A stretch of DNA of 43,731 nucleotides from Candidatus Tenderia sp. (GTDB lineage: Bacteria > Pseudomonadota > Gammaproteobacteria > Tenderiales > Tenderiaceae). The notes beneath the pieces were generated by a model that was not told where the DNA came from, ran no database searches, and was given only the letters and a program-made list of their open reading frames with translations. Made by a program: the position numbers and the translations under genes. The stretch lies in NCBI GenBank assembly GCA_043755075.1, contig JAYUTP010000253.1:1-43731 (forward strand), in the 5' to 3' direction. Below, piece after piece: positions 34,597 to 43,731 of the stretch (the first letter of the stretch is position 1; each line of letters opens with the position of its first letter).

Positions 34597-36315
34597 ATGA
34601 GCCAAATTCAAAATAGGGTCCCCGCAGAGAAAACCCTCTCCGCCCATACCCAGCGCCCCGGCATGTACATCTACGACCAGCACGACCAGCGGCTGGTCGA
34701 TGAACGTGTCACCCAGTTCCGCGAGCAGACCCGCCGCTATCTGGCCGGTGAGCTGGACGCTGACGAATTTATCGCGCTACGCCTGATGAATGGTCTCTAC
34801 ATCCAACGCCATGCGCCGATGCTGCGCATTGCCATCCCTTATGGCCTTTTTTCATCAGACCAGATGCGGATGCTGGCTCATATCGCCCGTAAATATGACA
34901 AGGGTTATGGCCACTTCACCACTCGCCAAAACATTCAGTTCAACTGGCCGAAGCTGGAGACGGTACCCGATATCCTCGCCGACCTCGCCTCGATACAGAT
35001 GCACGCCATCCAGACCAGCGGCAACTGCATCCGCAATACCACCACTGACCCGCTGGCAGGTGTTGCTGGCGATGAGCTCGAAGATCCACGCCCCTACTGC
35101 GAAATCATCCGCCAGTGGAGCACCCTCCACCCCGAATTCGCCTATCTGCCGCGCAAGTTCAAGATCGCCGTAACTGGCGCCAGCCGCGACCGCGCCGCCA
35201 CTCTAGTCCACGATATCGGTCTGCGGCTAGTGAAAAATGCCACTGGTGAAATAGGCTTTCACGTCACGGTTGGCGGCGGCCTAGGTCGCACCCCGGTAAT
35301 TGCCCAAACCATTCGCCCCTTCCTTGAGAAACAGCACTTGCTCTCCTATTTAGAAGCTATTGTGCGCATCTACAACCTCAAGGGACGCCGCGATAACAAA
35401 TACAAGGCGCGCATCAAAATCCTCGTCACCGCCATGGGAATAGACGCATTTCGTGAGCTGGTGGAGGCCGAGTGGCAGCGAATCAAAGACAAGCTGCCGC
35501 TCGATGAGACCGAGATCAATCGCGTCAAAGGTTTTTTCACCCCGCTCGTTTATGATGCTAACGCCGCACACGACAAACATCATGAAGGGCACGCCAGCAA
35601 TAACCAAGAGTTTTTCCGCTGGCTCAAATACAACACCTCTGACCACAAGGTCAGCGGCTATCGAGTGGTCTTCATCTCACTCAAGGCGCCGGGCATCGCG
35701 CCGGGTGACATCACTGACCAGCAGATGGATCTGGTTGCCGAACTTGCCGACCGTTACAGCGCTGGCCTGATTCGCAGCACCTATGAACAGAACCTGGTGC
35801 TCAGCGACATCAGGCAGGGCGACCTCTATCCACTCTGGCAATCACTGCATCAGCATGGTTTGGCGACGCCCACCATCGGCACTATCAATGACATGATCTG
35901 CTGCCCCGGGCTCGACTTCTGTGATCTGGCCAACGCCAGCTCCATCGACGTCGCCGACATGATCCAGCGCCGTTTCGAGGATCTTGATTATCTCTATGAC
36001 CTTGGCGAAATCAGACTCAAAATGTCCGGCTGCATGAATGGCTGTGCCCATCACGCTATCGGCCACATCGGTATTCTCGGCGTCGATAAGAAAGGTGAAG
36101 AGTGGTACCAACTGACGCTGGGCGGCTATGCCGAAACCACTGCTGAACTGGGCCACCGTCTCGGTCGTGCCGTTGCCAAAGACGAAGTCGCCGATGCCGT
36201 CGAGAAGATCGTTCGTGTCTACGTCGATCAGCGCATCGAAGGTGAGCAATTTATCGACACCTTCCAACGTGTCGGAATCGAACCCTTTCAAGAGCGTGTC
36301 TATGCAAATAATTAA
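34597..36315 (+). CDS. cysI: Assimilatory sulfite (nitrite/sulfite family) reductase hemoprotein, Pseudomonas CysI type
   Basis: NiR/SiR ferredoxin-like repeats (TTRQNIQFNW). The siroheme/4Fe-4S cysteine cluster is CPGLDFC ... SGCMNGC. It is followed by a DUF934 gene, as in pseudomonads. Confidence 0.85.
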   Translation: MSQIQNRVPAEKTLSAHTQRPGMYIYDQHDQRLVDERVTQFREQTRRYLAGELDADEFIALRLMNGLYIQRHAPMLRIAIPYGLFSSDQMRMLAHIARKYDKGYGHFTTRQNIQFNWPKLETVPDILADLASIQMHAIQTSGNCIRNTTTDPLAGVAGDELEDPRPYCEIIRQWSTLHPEFAYLPRKFKIAVTGASRDRAATLVHDIGLRLVKNATGEIGFHVTVGGGLGRTPVIAQTIRPFLEKQHLLSYLEAIVRIYNLKGRRDNKYKARIKILVTAMGIDAFRELVEAEWQRIKDKLPLDETEINRVKGFFTPLVYDANAAHDKHHEGHASNNQEFFRWLKYNTSDHKVSGYRVVFISLKAPGIAPGDITDQQMDLVAELADRYSAGLIRSTYEQNLVLSDIRQGDLYPLWQSLHQHGLATPTIGTINDMICCPGLDFCDLANASSIDVADMIQRRFEDLDYLYDLGEIRLKMSGCMNGCAHHAIGHIGILGVDKKGEEWYQLTLGGYAETTAELGHRLGRAVAKDEVADAVEKIVRVYVDQRIEGEQFIDTFQRVGIEPFQERVYANN

Positions 36316-36793
36316 GAATCGTCAGATTATTGAAGATAGCTGGCAGCATATCGCTGATGATGCCGATGTCGATCAGCTTCCGGTCGGCAACATCATTGTG
36401 CCGTTTACAATGTGGCTGGCCAACAAAGAACAGCTCCTGCAACGCCAGGGGCAACTGGGGGTTCAGTTGAGTGGTGATAATGACGTCACTGAAATTGCCG
36501 CAGACCTAACACACTTCAGCGTGATTGCCCTGCAGTTCCCTGGTTTCCGCGATGGCCGCAGTTACTCAATCGCCAGAGCCCTGCGCCAACACCACCACTA
36601 CAGCGGCGAGCTGCGCGCTGTGGGCAACGTATTACGTGATCAGGTCGGTTACATGGAACGGGTTGGAATTGATGCCTTCGAAGTCGACTCAAAACAGAAG
36701 ATCCAAGATGCACTGAAGGCCTTCAACGAGATCAGCGTCAAGTACCAATCTTCATCAGATGAACCGCTGCCCATCTATAGACGCCGCGCTTGA
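36302..36793 (+). CDS. DUF934-family protein (sulfite-reductase-associated)
   Basis: Start trimmed to MQIIKNRQIIEDSWQHI, overlapping the cysI end by 14 nt. Conserved-looking FPGFRDGRSYSIARALR...GELRAVGNVLRDQ. Confidence 0.7.
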   Translation: MQIIKNRQIIEDSWQHIADDADVDQLPVGNIIVPFTMWLANKEQLLQRQGQLGVQLSGDNDVTEIAADLTHFSVIALQFPGFRDGRSYSIARALRQHHHYSGELRAVGNVLRDQVGYMERVGIDAFEVDSKQKIQDALKAFNEISVKYQSSSDEPLPIYRRRA

Positions 36794-36804
36794 TTTACTA
36801 CAAA

Positions 36805-36831
36805 GGTGTGCCAACATTGCATTGGCACACC
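36805..36831. terminator. Perfect 10-bp hairpin between convergent DUF934 gene and dsbC (likely bidirectional terminator)
   Basis: GGTGTGCCAA-cattgca-TTGGCACACC. The minus-strand reading is followed by TTTGTAGTAAA. There is no clean T-run on the plus strand. Confidence 0.55.
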
Positions 36832-36841
36832 ACACTAACTG

Positions 36842-37561
36842 TTACTCTTTTCCATCCAGCGCTGCCGCCAGCCGTGCTGCCGGTATGTAGCCGGGGATCA
36901 TGCTGCCATCTTCTAGGATCATGGAAGGGGTACCGGTAATACCTAGCTTTTCAACCAACGCCATATGCTTATCAATGGGGTTGTCACAGGTTTTGTTGGG
37001 CAGACTCTTGCCCGCTTTAGCATCGGTCATGGCCTGCTGGCGATTGGCTGAACACCACACTGTCACCGCCTTATCGTAAGATTTCGAACCCACGCCCGCA
37101 CGTGGGAAAAACAGATAGCGAACCTCAATGCCCAGCTTATTTATCTCCTCGATCTCCTGATGCATTCGACGGCAATATTGGCAATCAATATCAGTAAAAA
37201 CCGTGATGCGATGTTTTACCTCTTTTGGACTAAAGGTAATCATCGATTTTTCATCAACCCCGGAGATTAGTTTGAGGCGTCCTTGGCCACGCTTATCTTC
37301 AGTCAGATTTTTGCCACTCTTGAGATCGACCACGTTGCCATTGAACAAGTAACGACCATCACTCGAAACATAGATGACCTCAGCGCCATAGGTCACTTCA
37401 TAAAAACCCGGCACGCTACTCTTCACAATTGAGTCTGGTGCCATCCCCGGTACAATTTTGCTCACCGCAGCACGTACCTGAGCCATATCATCGGCGGCCC
37501 ATAACGGATTAAACATCGCCAACCCCAACAGGGCGATAAGTACCAGAACTCTAGATTTCAT
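36842..37561 (-). CDS. dsbC: Periplasmic thiol:disulfide interchange protein
   Basis: Signal peptide, DsbC N-terminal dimerisation region (PGFYEV...IYVSSDGRYLFNG), and thioredoxin-fold active site CQYC. Confidence 0.85.
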   Translation of the reverse strand: MKSRVLVLIALLGLAMFNPLWAADDMAQVRAAVSKIVPGMAPDSIVKSSVPGFYEVTYGAEVIYVSSDGRYLFNGNVVDLKSGKNLTEDKRGQGRLKLISGVDEKSMITFSPKEVKHRITVFTDIDCQYCRRMHQEIEEINKLGIEVRYLFFPRAGVGSKSYDKAVTVWCSANRQQAMTDAKAGKSLPNKTCDNPIDKHMALVEKLGITGTPSMILEDGSMIPGYIPAARLAAALDGKE

Positions 37562-37634
37562 CCAACCATTCCTTATTCAAATAGATAACGTTGTGAGTGC
37601 ATTATACCTAAGGAGTTCAATTCCATTGGGCAAA

Positions 37635-38564
37635 TTAGCCCCGTGGATGATGCCGGGCATGCATCGATTTCAGCCGTTCACGCGCCACGTGGGTATAGAT
37701 CTGCGTCGTCGATAGATCACTATGCCCCAGCAACATCTGTAAAACACGCAAATCGGCACCATGATTCAAGAGGTGGGTGGCAAAGGCGTGGCGTAACGTA
37801 TGCGGCGAGAGTGGTTTATCAATGCCCGCCACCAGCGCATAACGTTTGATCAGATACCAGAATGCTTGGCGAGTCATGGCGTCACCACGGCGTGTGACAA
37901 ACATCGCTTCACTACGATGTTCTCCCAACAGCTCAAGACGACCATGCCGCAGGTAACGCTCCAGCCACTCAAGGCTCTCCTCGCCCATCGGCACCAGGCG
38001 CTCCTTGCCGCCCTTACCGAAGATGCGTACCACCCCTTGGTTCAGACTTACCTCTCCCAATTTCAGCCCCACCAGTTCCGAAACGCGCAGGCCGCAGGCG
38101 TAAAGCAACTCTAGCATTGCACGATCTCGCAGCCCCAGTGCTTCTTCAAACGCGGGGGCCGCCAGCAGCGCCTCAACATCGCTCTCGGTTAATGATTTGG
38201 GTAGTGATCGCCCCAGCTTGGGTGCCTCGATCAGGGCCGTGGGATCTTCTGCGATTCGTCCTTCGCGCAGTAGATAGCGATAGAAGCGCCGCAGCGACGA
38301 GAGCATTCGTGCCGTCGTGCGTGGCCGTGTGCCCTCCTGCACCCGCTTAGCGAGATAGGTCAGTAGATCTTCACGCCGTGCATCGCGCAAACGTCGCCCG
38401 GATAAAGCCGTTAAACTCTCAGCCAATCCACGCAGATCACTACCATAGGCACTCAGGGTATTGTCACTGACGCCACGCTCAACCCAGAGGTTATCGAGGA
38501 AGCGGTCAATCAGGGCCAAGTCCTCAGGGTTAGGCGGCTCACGTTGAGGCATCACACTCTGCAT
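37635..38564 (-). CDS. xerD: Site-specific tyrosine recombinase XerD
   Basis: LIDRFLDNLWVERGVSDNTLSAYGSDL, catalytic HTLRHAFATHLL and LLGHSDLSTTQIYTHV. Start trimmed to Met64; Met68 at 38552 is equally possible. The track ORF's first approx 63 codons overlap ogt. Adjacent to dsbC, as in pseudomonads. Confidence 0.85.
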   Translation of the reverse strand: MQSVMPQREPPNPEDLALIDRFLDNLWVERGVSDNTLSAYGSDLRGLAESLTALSGRRLRDARREDLLTYLAKRVQEGTRPRTTARMLSSLRRFYRYLLREGRIAEDPTALIEAPKLGRSLPKSLTESDVEALLAAPAFEEALGLRDRAMLELLYACGLRVSELVGLKLGEVSLNQGVVRIFGKGGKERLVPMGEESLEWLERYLRHGRLELLGEHRSEAMFVTRRGDAMTRQAFWYLIKRYALVAGIDKPLSPHTLRHAFATHLLNHGADLRVLQMLLGHSDLSTTQIYTHVARERLKSMHARHHPRG

Positions 38565-39051
38565 TCTGCTGTTCGTGTTGCAACAACCACGTCTTAATAG
38601 AGATTTCATCACCCGCTCGATGCCCCATGAATCCCCCCACGCCAGTGGCAGCCACAATACGATGGCACGGCACAATAAGAGGGATGGGATTAGCACGGCA
38701 AGCGCCACCCACCGCGCGCGCCGACGACTCCAGACGCCAGGCCAGCTGACCATAGGTCAGTGTGGTGCCGACTGGAATCTCTCGCAGGGCCTGCCAGACT
38801 CGTTGCTGAAAGTCACTGCCCTGTAACTGCAAGCGCAGATCAAATGGCCAATGTGGATTACGGAAATAGAGTTCTAGCTGAGCAACCGCGTAGGCCGCGG
38901 CATCACTCTGCGGGGCAATCAAGGATTCGGTTGCAGCAACAAAATCGAGGCCAACGAGTGATTCACCGGAGAGTTTGATCGCCAGCTTATAGCCAGGAAT
39001 GGGGGCGGCTATCACGGCGCGGTCAGTAGCAATATTCCCGTGCTGGGACAT
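38539..39051 (-). CDS. ogt: Methylated-DNA--protein-cysteine methyltransferase
   Basis: TLTYGQLA...ARAVGGACRANPIPLIVPCHRIV (PCHR active site). Confidence 0.85.
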   Translation of the reverse strand: MSQHGNIATDRAVIAAPIPGYKLAIKLSGESLVGLDFVAATESLIAPQSDAAAYAVAQLELYFRNPHWPFDLRLQLQGSDFQQRVWQALREIPVGTTLTYGQLAWRLESSARAVGGACRANPIPLIVPCHRIVAATGVGGFMGHRAGDEISIKTWLLQHEQQNAECDAST

Positions 39052-39065
39052 GAAAGTGGCGATAA

Positions 39066-40889
39066 TTAACGCTGCGCCGAATGACGCTGGATCTCGCGTT
39101 GCAGCAGGGCGCGGCGTTCGGGATCATCAACGACAGTCAACAGTGAACGATAAATATCCAGGCCATCGGTGACCACTCCCGCGTTAATCAGCGCTAGCGC
39201 TGCCTGATAACGGGCCGCCTGTGCCCAGCCATCCATGGTGTCGGCGCCAACCAGCATGGCGGAGCGGAGATAGAGGCGGGCGGCTTCAAGAGAGTTCCCC
39301 TGAGCCATGCGCAAATCGGCCATCCAGTAAAGCACCTCACGATGCAGATTCATATCTGGCAACTTGGACTGGAGCGCCGTCAATACCTCATAGGCCAGTT
39401 CCGGCTGATTGGCGTTTTGCAGATCGAAGATCACCGTCAGCAGGTAGCGGATCTGCACCTTACCCAGCTGCTGACCGTTAACCAGCTCCAGTAGCAGATT
39501 GCCACCCACTACCGGCGCACTGGCCAGGATCTGGAGCCGGGCGCGGCGGAGCTGCCACCCCACCAAGTCAACGCCTTGCGGCGCAACCACCTGACTCATC
39601 AGCTGCGTGGCTTGGGCTAGATCACCCTGGCTCAGCGCTACATCTATTAATTGGTAGGTAACCGCCAGAGGCACTGTTCTGAAATCGGTATATTGCGAGG
39701 AGGAGAGGTAGAGCGTTCGCAACAGCTCATCCCCTTGCGGCTGCGAGTACAGCAGTGCGACGAATTGCTCATGCGCCTTAGCCTTAAGTTCATCGCTCTC
39801 CAGATGCAACGTCAACCAGACATAGAGCGCCCCGGCCTGTAGCGCTGAAGTGGCCTGCAGACGTTCAGCCGCCTCAAACCAGGCTGAGAAATCACCCACC
39901 AGCAGTTGCAGGCGGTTAGCGACCTCTTGTCCATGTTCACTATAGGCATGCCAGAGCCCGTCAACGGCTGCTGTAATCCGCACGGCGCTAACATCCCGCA
40001 CCATCAGCAACTGTTGTAGCGCTGTAATGCGTTCGGCCCACACAGGCATGACGACCACCTTATCCAATGCTGCAACAAAGAGCTCCTGGCGCAATATCTG
40101 GCCAAGCTGCATATTGCTGAGCGCCGCTATGGCATCGCTAAGTAACTGCTCATCCATGACGGCATAACCTTTGAGACGAGCCAGTGCATAGACCGCTCTC
40201 CCTTCTGGCTCATTGCTCGCTACAGCAATTAATGCGGCATCATCGGGCTGTCCATCGGCGATCATCACCCACGCCTTGGTGGCGATCCAGCTATCATCGA
40301 CGCTATCGCTGTAATCCTGCTCATAGCGGAGCATAGCGCTATGAGCATCACCTTGGCGTCCATCCACTAGATAGCTCATCACCACTAGTCGACGCAGCGC
40401 CATCAAGTCACCGTGTTCGCGATCGTTGCCACCCCAAATCAGTGGCAACAACAGATCACGCGCCGATTCACCACTCCCCTGCCCCAAATAGGCTTCGACG
40501 ACCAAGTGCTGCAACCATGAGTGGTAGGCCATTGGTGCCCCAGCAGGCACGAGATCATACTCGTCAATAATGCGCTGCCACGCTCCCCGCTGTTTGAAAA
40601 TGGCAATCTTCTGTTGCTGCCATCTCAGCCAACCATCCGGGTCCACGCTGAGTGCGGGTTGATCCCGCGCCAACAAAACAAGGCTGAAATCAACCATACC
40701 GCCCTGCGCCAATACATTCAGTTCATCAAACTCGGAATCGGAACCGGTTTGAGCCATGACAGAAAGCGGCAATAGGGACAGCGCTGAAAAAAGTACCGCA
40801 GCACCAAGGCGCTGCAGAGTAATAAAAGCAGAAGGGGCACACAAACCAGCCGACTGGTTTGGCGCCCCCCTGGTCATCACTGACGTCAC
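39066..40889 (-). CDS. Hypothetical secreted all-helical (TPR/Sel1-like) repeat protein
   Basis: 607 aa. Signal-peptide-like LGAAVLFSALSLLPLSVMA-QTG. The remainder is Leu/Ala-rich helical repeat sequence with no catalytic motif I recognise. It begins 14 nt after rplS. Confidence 0.5.
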   Translation of the reverse strand: MTSVMTRGAPNQSAGLCAPSAFITLQRLGAAVLFSALSLLPLSVMAQTGSDSEFDELNVLAQGGMVDFSLVLLARDQPALSVDPDGWLRWQQQKIAIFKQRGAWQRIIDEYDLVPAGAPMAYHSWLQHLVVEAYLGQGSGESARDLLLPLIWGGNDREHGDLMALRRLVVMSYLVDGRQGDAHSAMLRYEQDYSDSVDDSWIATKAWVMIADGQPDDAALIAVASNEPEGRAVYALARLKGYAVMDEQLLSDAIAALSNMQLGQILRQELFVAALDKVVVMPVWAERITALQQLLMVRDVSAVRITAAVDGLWHAYSEHGQEVANRLQLLVGDFSAWFEAAERLQATSALQAGALYVWLTLHLESDELKAKAHEQFVALLYSQPQGDELLRTLYLSSSQYTDFRTVPLAVTYQLIDVALSQGDLAQATQLMSQVVAPQGVDLVGWQLRRARLQILASAPVVGGNLLLELVNGQQLGKVQIRYLLTVIFDLQNANQPELAYEVLTALQSKLPDMNLHREVLYWMADLRMAQGNSLEAARLYLRSAMLVGADTMDGWAQAARYQAALALINAGVVTDGLDIYRSLLTVVDDPERRALLQREIQRHSAQR

Positions 40890-40903
40890 GCGGAAAAAAC
40901 CGA

Positions 40904-41248
40904 TTAAAGCTTTTCCTTAATACGCGCAGCCTTACCCTGCAGATCACGCAGGTAATAGAGCTTGGCACGACGGACATCACCGCGACGCTTTACGCTGATG
41001 GAATCGATAATCGGGCTGTGGGTCTGGAAAACACGCTCAACACCTTCGCCATGAGAAATCTTACGCACGGTAAAGGCAGAGTTCAGACCACGATTACGTT
41101 TGGCAATTACGATGCCTTCGAAAGTCTGCAGACGCTCACGCTCACCCTCTTTTACCTTCACATGAACAGTGACGGTATCGCCTGGGCCAAACACGGGTAT
41201 TTCACGGTTCATCTGTTCCGCTTCCAGCTGGTCGATGATATTGCTCAT
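40904..41248 (-). CDS. rplS: 50S ribosomal protein L19
   Basis: [13 protein letters not shown]...[48 protein letters not shown]. Confidence 0.95.
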   Translation of the reverse strand: MSNIIDQLEAEQMNREIPVFGPGDTVTVHVKVKEGERERLQTFEGIVIAKRNRGLNSAFTVRKISHGEGVERVFQTHSPIIDSISVKRRGDVRRAKLYYLRDLQGKAARIKEKL

Positions 41249-41307
41249 GACACTTTCCTCAACTAAACGATCTTAAAAAATCCACGCGCGGGAAACCCCG
41301 CCCACTT

Positions 41308-42066
41308 TCAATTCTGCTGCGCTTCATATTCCCGGATAAATTCATCCAAAAAGCGCTGCTGCTCACTATCCAGTTCGATATGCGCCAACACATCAGGCCG
41401 CCTCAGCCATGTCCGGCCAAGGGACTGCTTCAACCGCCAGCGACGAATCGCCTCGTGATCACCACTCAACAACACCGGTGGCACCCGCTTATCCCCACAC
41501 ACCCCCTCATATATCTCAGGGCGCGTGTAGTGAGAGCAATCCAGCAGGCCGTTACTAAACGAGTCCTGAGCTGCCGACTCCTGATGCCCCAAGGCTCCCG
41601 GCAAGAGCCTTGTGACCGCATCAATAACCACCATGGCGGCCATCTCACCACCGCTGAGCACGTAATCGCCGATGGACAACTCCTCGTCGATCTCAATCTC
41701 AATCAGACGTTCATCGATACCTTCGTAACGGCCCGCCACCAAAATCAATCCTGGGCGCTGAGCCAGCTCTCTTGCTGCCGCCTGATCAAACTGTCGCCCT
41801 TGAGGTGACATGTAAACCACTCGGCTCCGCGGATTAGCCTGCCGCGCTCCTTGGATCGCCTGACGCAGCGGCTCAATCATCATCAACATCCCCGGGCCAC
41901 CGCCGTAAGGGCGATCATCCACGGTGCGGTGGCGATCCTGAGTATAATCTCGAGGATTCCACGTCCCCAGCTCAAATAGACCGGACTCACACGCCCGGCC
42001 TGTCACACCATAACCAACAAGACCAAGAATCATCTGAGGGAACAACGTAACAACGTCGATCCGCAT
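41308..42066 (-). CDS. trmD: tRNA (guanine37-N1)-methyltransferase
   Basis: Start trimmed to [12 protein letters not shown], 2 nt after the rimM stop. ...[13 protein letters not shown]..., [11 protein letters not shown]. Confidence 0.95.
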   Translation of the reverse strand: MRIDVVTLFPQMILGLVGYGVTGRACESGLFELGTWNPRDYTQDRHRTVDDRPYGGGPGMLMMIEPLRQAIQGARQANPRSRVVYMSPQGRQFDQAAARELAQRPGLILVAGRYEGIDERLIEIEIDEELSIGDYVLSGGEMAAMVVIDAVTRLLPGALGHQESAAQDSFSNGLLDCSHYTRPEIYEGVCGDKRVPPVLLSGDHEAIRRWRLKQSLGRTWLRRPDVLAHIELDSEQQRFLDEFIREYEAQQN

Positions 42067-42068
42067 TA

Positions 42069-42581
42069 TTAAAACTCGGGATCCCAATCTACTCGCATAG
42101 TGCCCGCATCAAGATCAATCTCGTGCACATACTGACCACGCACAAAAGGAATTAACCGCTCCCGATCCCCCTGCACCACCAACACATCATTAGCGCCGGT
42201 ATCCATCAGGTGATCTACGTTGCCCAGCGCCATTCCATCAAGAGTGGTCACCTGCAGACCAATCAGATCAGCCCAGTAATACTCACCCACAGCGGGTTTG
42301 GGCAACTGGCTTCTCAATACCCCAATCTCAGCACCAATAAAGAGGCGTGCCTGCTCACGATCACTGCATCCGTCCAGTTGTGCTACCAGCCCTTTACCCT
42401 GGGTGCGCCCAGAGAGAACCCTTATCGGTCGCCACTGCCCGCCAATCTGCGCCAGCCATGGAGCATAACGGAAAATATTATCTTTTGGGTCGGTGTGTGA
42501 AAACACTTTGACCCAACCGTGGACTCCGTAAAGGCCCACAATTTTACCCACCACCATCCGGCCCTGCTCTGTACCACTCAT
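42069..42581 (-). CDS. rimM: Ribosome maturation factor RimM
   Basis: [28 protein letters not shown]... PRC-barrel C-terminus. Positioned rpsP-rimM-trmD. Confidence 0.9.
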   Translation of the reverse strand: MSGTEQGRMVVGKIVGLYGVHGWVKVFSHTDPKDNIFRYAPWLAQIGGQWRPIRVLSGRTQGKGLVAQLDGCSDREQARLFIGAEIGVLRSQLPKPAVGEYYWADLIGLQVTTLDGMALGNVDHLMDTGANDVLVVQGDRERLIPFVRGQYVHEIDLDAGTMRVDWDPEF

Positions 42582-42643
42582 ATTGCTAGCAGAACCCTTG
42601 ACTCAATGGCGTACAAGGGAGAAACCGTTCAAGACCAACAGCA

Positions 42644-42886
42644 TTATGCTGCGATCTGTTTAACCAGCTTAGCAACACGGTCTGATGGCTGAGCACCCTG
42701 ACTGATCCAGTAAGTAACACGCTCTTGATCAAAGCGCAGCTTCTCTTCCTGGCCAGTGGCAACTGGATTATAGAATCCCAGGCGCTCAATGTAACGACCA
42801 TCGCGGCGATTACGGGAGTCAGTTACCACGATATGATAAAAGGGACGCTTTTTGGCACCACCACGAGCTAAACGAATCGTTACCAT
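42644..42886 (-). CDS. rpsP: 30S ribosomal protein S16
   Basis: [41 protein letters not shown]. Confidence 0.95.
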   Translation of the reverse strand: MVTIRLARGGAKKRPFYHIVVTDSRNRRDGRYIERLGFYNPVATGQEEKLRFDQERVTYWISQGAQPSDRVAKLVKQIAA

Positions 42887-43008
42887 CTCAGCTAAATCCT
42901 CTGTCGAATCTAAAAAACAATCAGACCACCCGAATTGGGTGCCCGTAAAAATGCGCGTATTTTACGCGAATCGAAAAAAAAAGAAACCCTTCACCCACTG
43001 AATTCAGG

Positions 43009-43731
43009 CTAAAAATGGGACATCCCCGGCGGCATACGCCCCTTTAAGGCACGCATCATCTTAGCCATTCCGCCCTTTTGGAACTGCTTCATCATTTTTT
43101 GCATCTGAGTAAACTGCTTCAAAAGACGGTTCACATCCTGCACTTCCACCCCCGAGCCAGCAGCGATACGGCGCTTGCGCGAACCTTTGATAATATCAGG
43201 ATTATGCCGCTCCTGCATGGTCATGGAGCTGATAATCACCTCCAGTCGCTTGAACTCCTTATCATTCACCTGTTCTTTTGGCATCCCTCCCATCCCAGGC
43301 AACTTATCCATTAAGGAGGCGACCCCTCCCATATTCCCCATCTGCTGCAATTGTGAGCGAAAGTCCTCTAGATCGAAGCCTTTGCCCTTTTTCATCTTCT
43401 GGGCAAGTTTTTCCGCTTCATCGCGATCGATAGAACGTTCAGCCTGCTCAACCAGACTCAATACGTCGCCCATACCCAAGATACGAGAGGCGACACGGTC
43501 GGGATGGAACGCTTCCAGCGCGGCCGTCTTTTCACCTACTCCGAGGAATTTGATCGGTTTACCGGTGATCTGTCGGATAGAAAGTGCGGCACCACCACGC
43601 GCATCGCCATCGGTCTTGGTCAAAATCACGCCGGTCAATGGTAGCGCCTCGTTAAAGGCTTTGGCGGTATTAGCTGCATCTTGGCCAGTCATGCTGTCGA
43701 CCACAAAGAGCGTCTCGATCGGTTTGATGGC
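43009..43731 (-). CDS. ffh: Signal recognition particle protein Ffh, C-terminal 240 codons (5' end beyond the window)
   Basis: The frame is open to the window edge. G-domain end (LTGVILTKTDGDARGGAALSIRQITGKPIKFLGVGEK) and Met-rich M domain (MGNMGGVASLMDKLPGMGGMP). Confidence 0.95.
   Translation of the reverse strand, partial: AIKPIETLFVVDSMTGQDAANTAKAFNEALPLTGVILTKTDGDARGGAALSIRQITGKPIKFLGVGEKTAALEAFHPDRVASRILGMGDVLSLVEQAERSIDRDEAEKLAQKMKKGKGFDLEDFRSQLQQMGNMGGVASLMDKLPGMGGMPKEQVNDKEFKRLEVIISSMTMQERHNPDIIKGSRKRRIAAGSGVEVQDVNRLLKQFTQMQKMMKQFQKGGMAKMMRALKGRMPPGMSHF

Noticed and set aside
36128-36301. 58-codon extension of the DUF934 ORF (and the 127-aa ORF at 34790-35173) inside cysI
   Set aside because: They are alternative frames of cysI with proline/serine-rich nonsense translation. 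The DUF934 homology starts at MQIIKNRQ (36302).
37635-38564. Tyrosine recombinase as a mobile-element integrase
   Set aside because: The sequence motifs and the dsbC-xerD neighbourhood match the housekeeping chromosome-dimer resolvase XerD.
38565-38753. N-terminal extension of the xerD ORF overlapping ogt
   Set aside because: XerD homology begins at ...PEDLALIDRFLDNLW. The extension lies in an alternative frame of the ogt active-site region.
42955-43008. A/T-run and small palindromes (CGCGT-attt-ACGCG, CTGAATTCAG) between ffh and rpsP as a terminator
   Set aside because: The stems are 5 bp or have no loop. The T9 run on the minus strand is not preceded by a stable hairpin, so this may simply be the rpsP promoter region.
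1-43731. CRISPR arrays, IS elements/transposases, toxin-antitoxin or phage-defence cassettes, rRNA
   Set aside because: Reading both strands, I saw no regularly spaced repeats, terminal inverted repeats, transposase or nuclease-like ORFs, or rRNA-like sequence.

Overview
This window reads as gammaproteobacterial chromosome; the genus cannot be assigned by eye. All calls come from reading the translations and motifs, with no database search run.

There are three blocks:

1. **Flagellin and glycosylation island (1-18919).** The 5' part of a flagellin gene lies on the minus strand. It runs off the window edge, so it is missing from the ORF track. It is followed by a roughly 18 kb flagellin glycosylation island inserted between fliC and flgL.
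2. **Polar-flagellum locus (19252-34276).** The genes are flgL-K-J-I-H-G-F-E-D-C-B, cheR, cheV, then divergent flgA-flgM-flgN and a PilZ brake protein. Sigma-54 and sigma-28 promoter motifs and intrinsic terminators are readable by eye.
3. **Housekeeping block (34347-43731).** It holds an atypical tRNA-Arg(CCU), cysI plus a DUF934 gene, dsbC, xerD, ogt, a secreted helical-repeat protein, rplS-trmD-rimM-rpsP and the 3' part of ffh.

The most interesting part is the glycosylation island.
- It has a recognisable pseudaminic-acid core: pseB, pseC, a short NeuB-like synthase and a cytidylyltransferase/PseG-like fusion.
- It has no PseH-type acetyltransferase.
- It carries an ATP-grasp ligase, a ThDP (acetolactate-synthase-like) enzyme, an SDR, a Gfo/Idh/MocA oxidoreductase and two methyltransferases.
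- It also carries a GH57-like glycoside hydrolase-fold protein, two architecturally different Maf transferases and an 88-aa orphan.

I read this as a pathway for an undescribed, heavily tailored nonulosonate on a short flagellin. That reading is inference.

I saw no CRISPR array, IS element, integrase-bearing island or rRNA.
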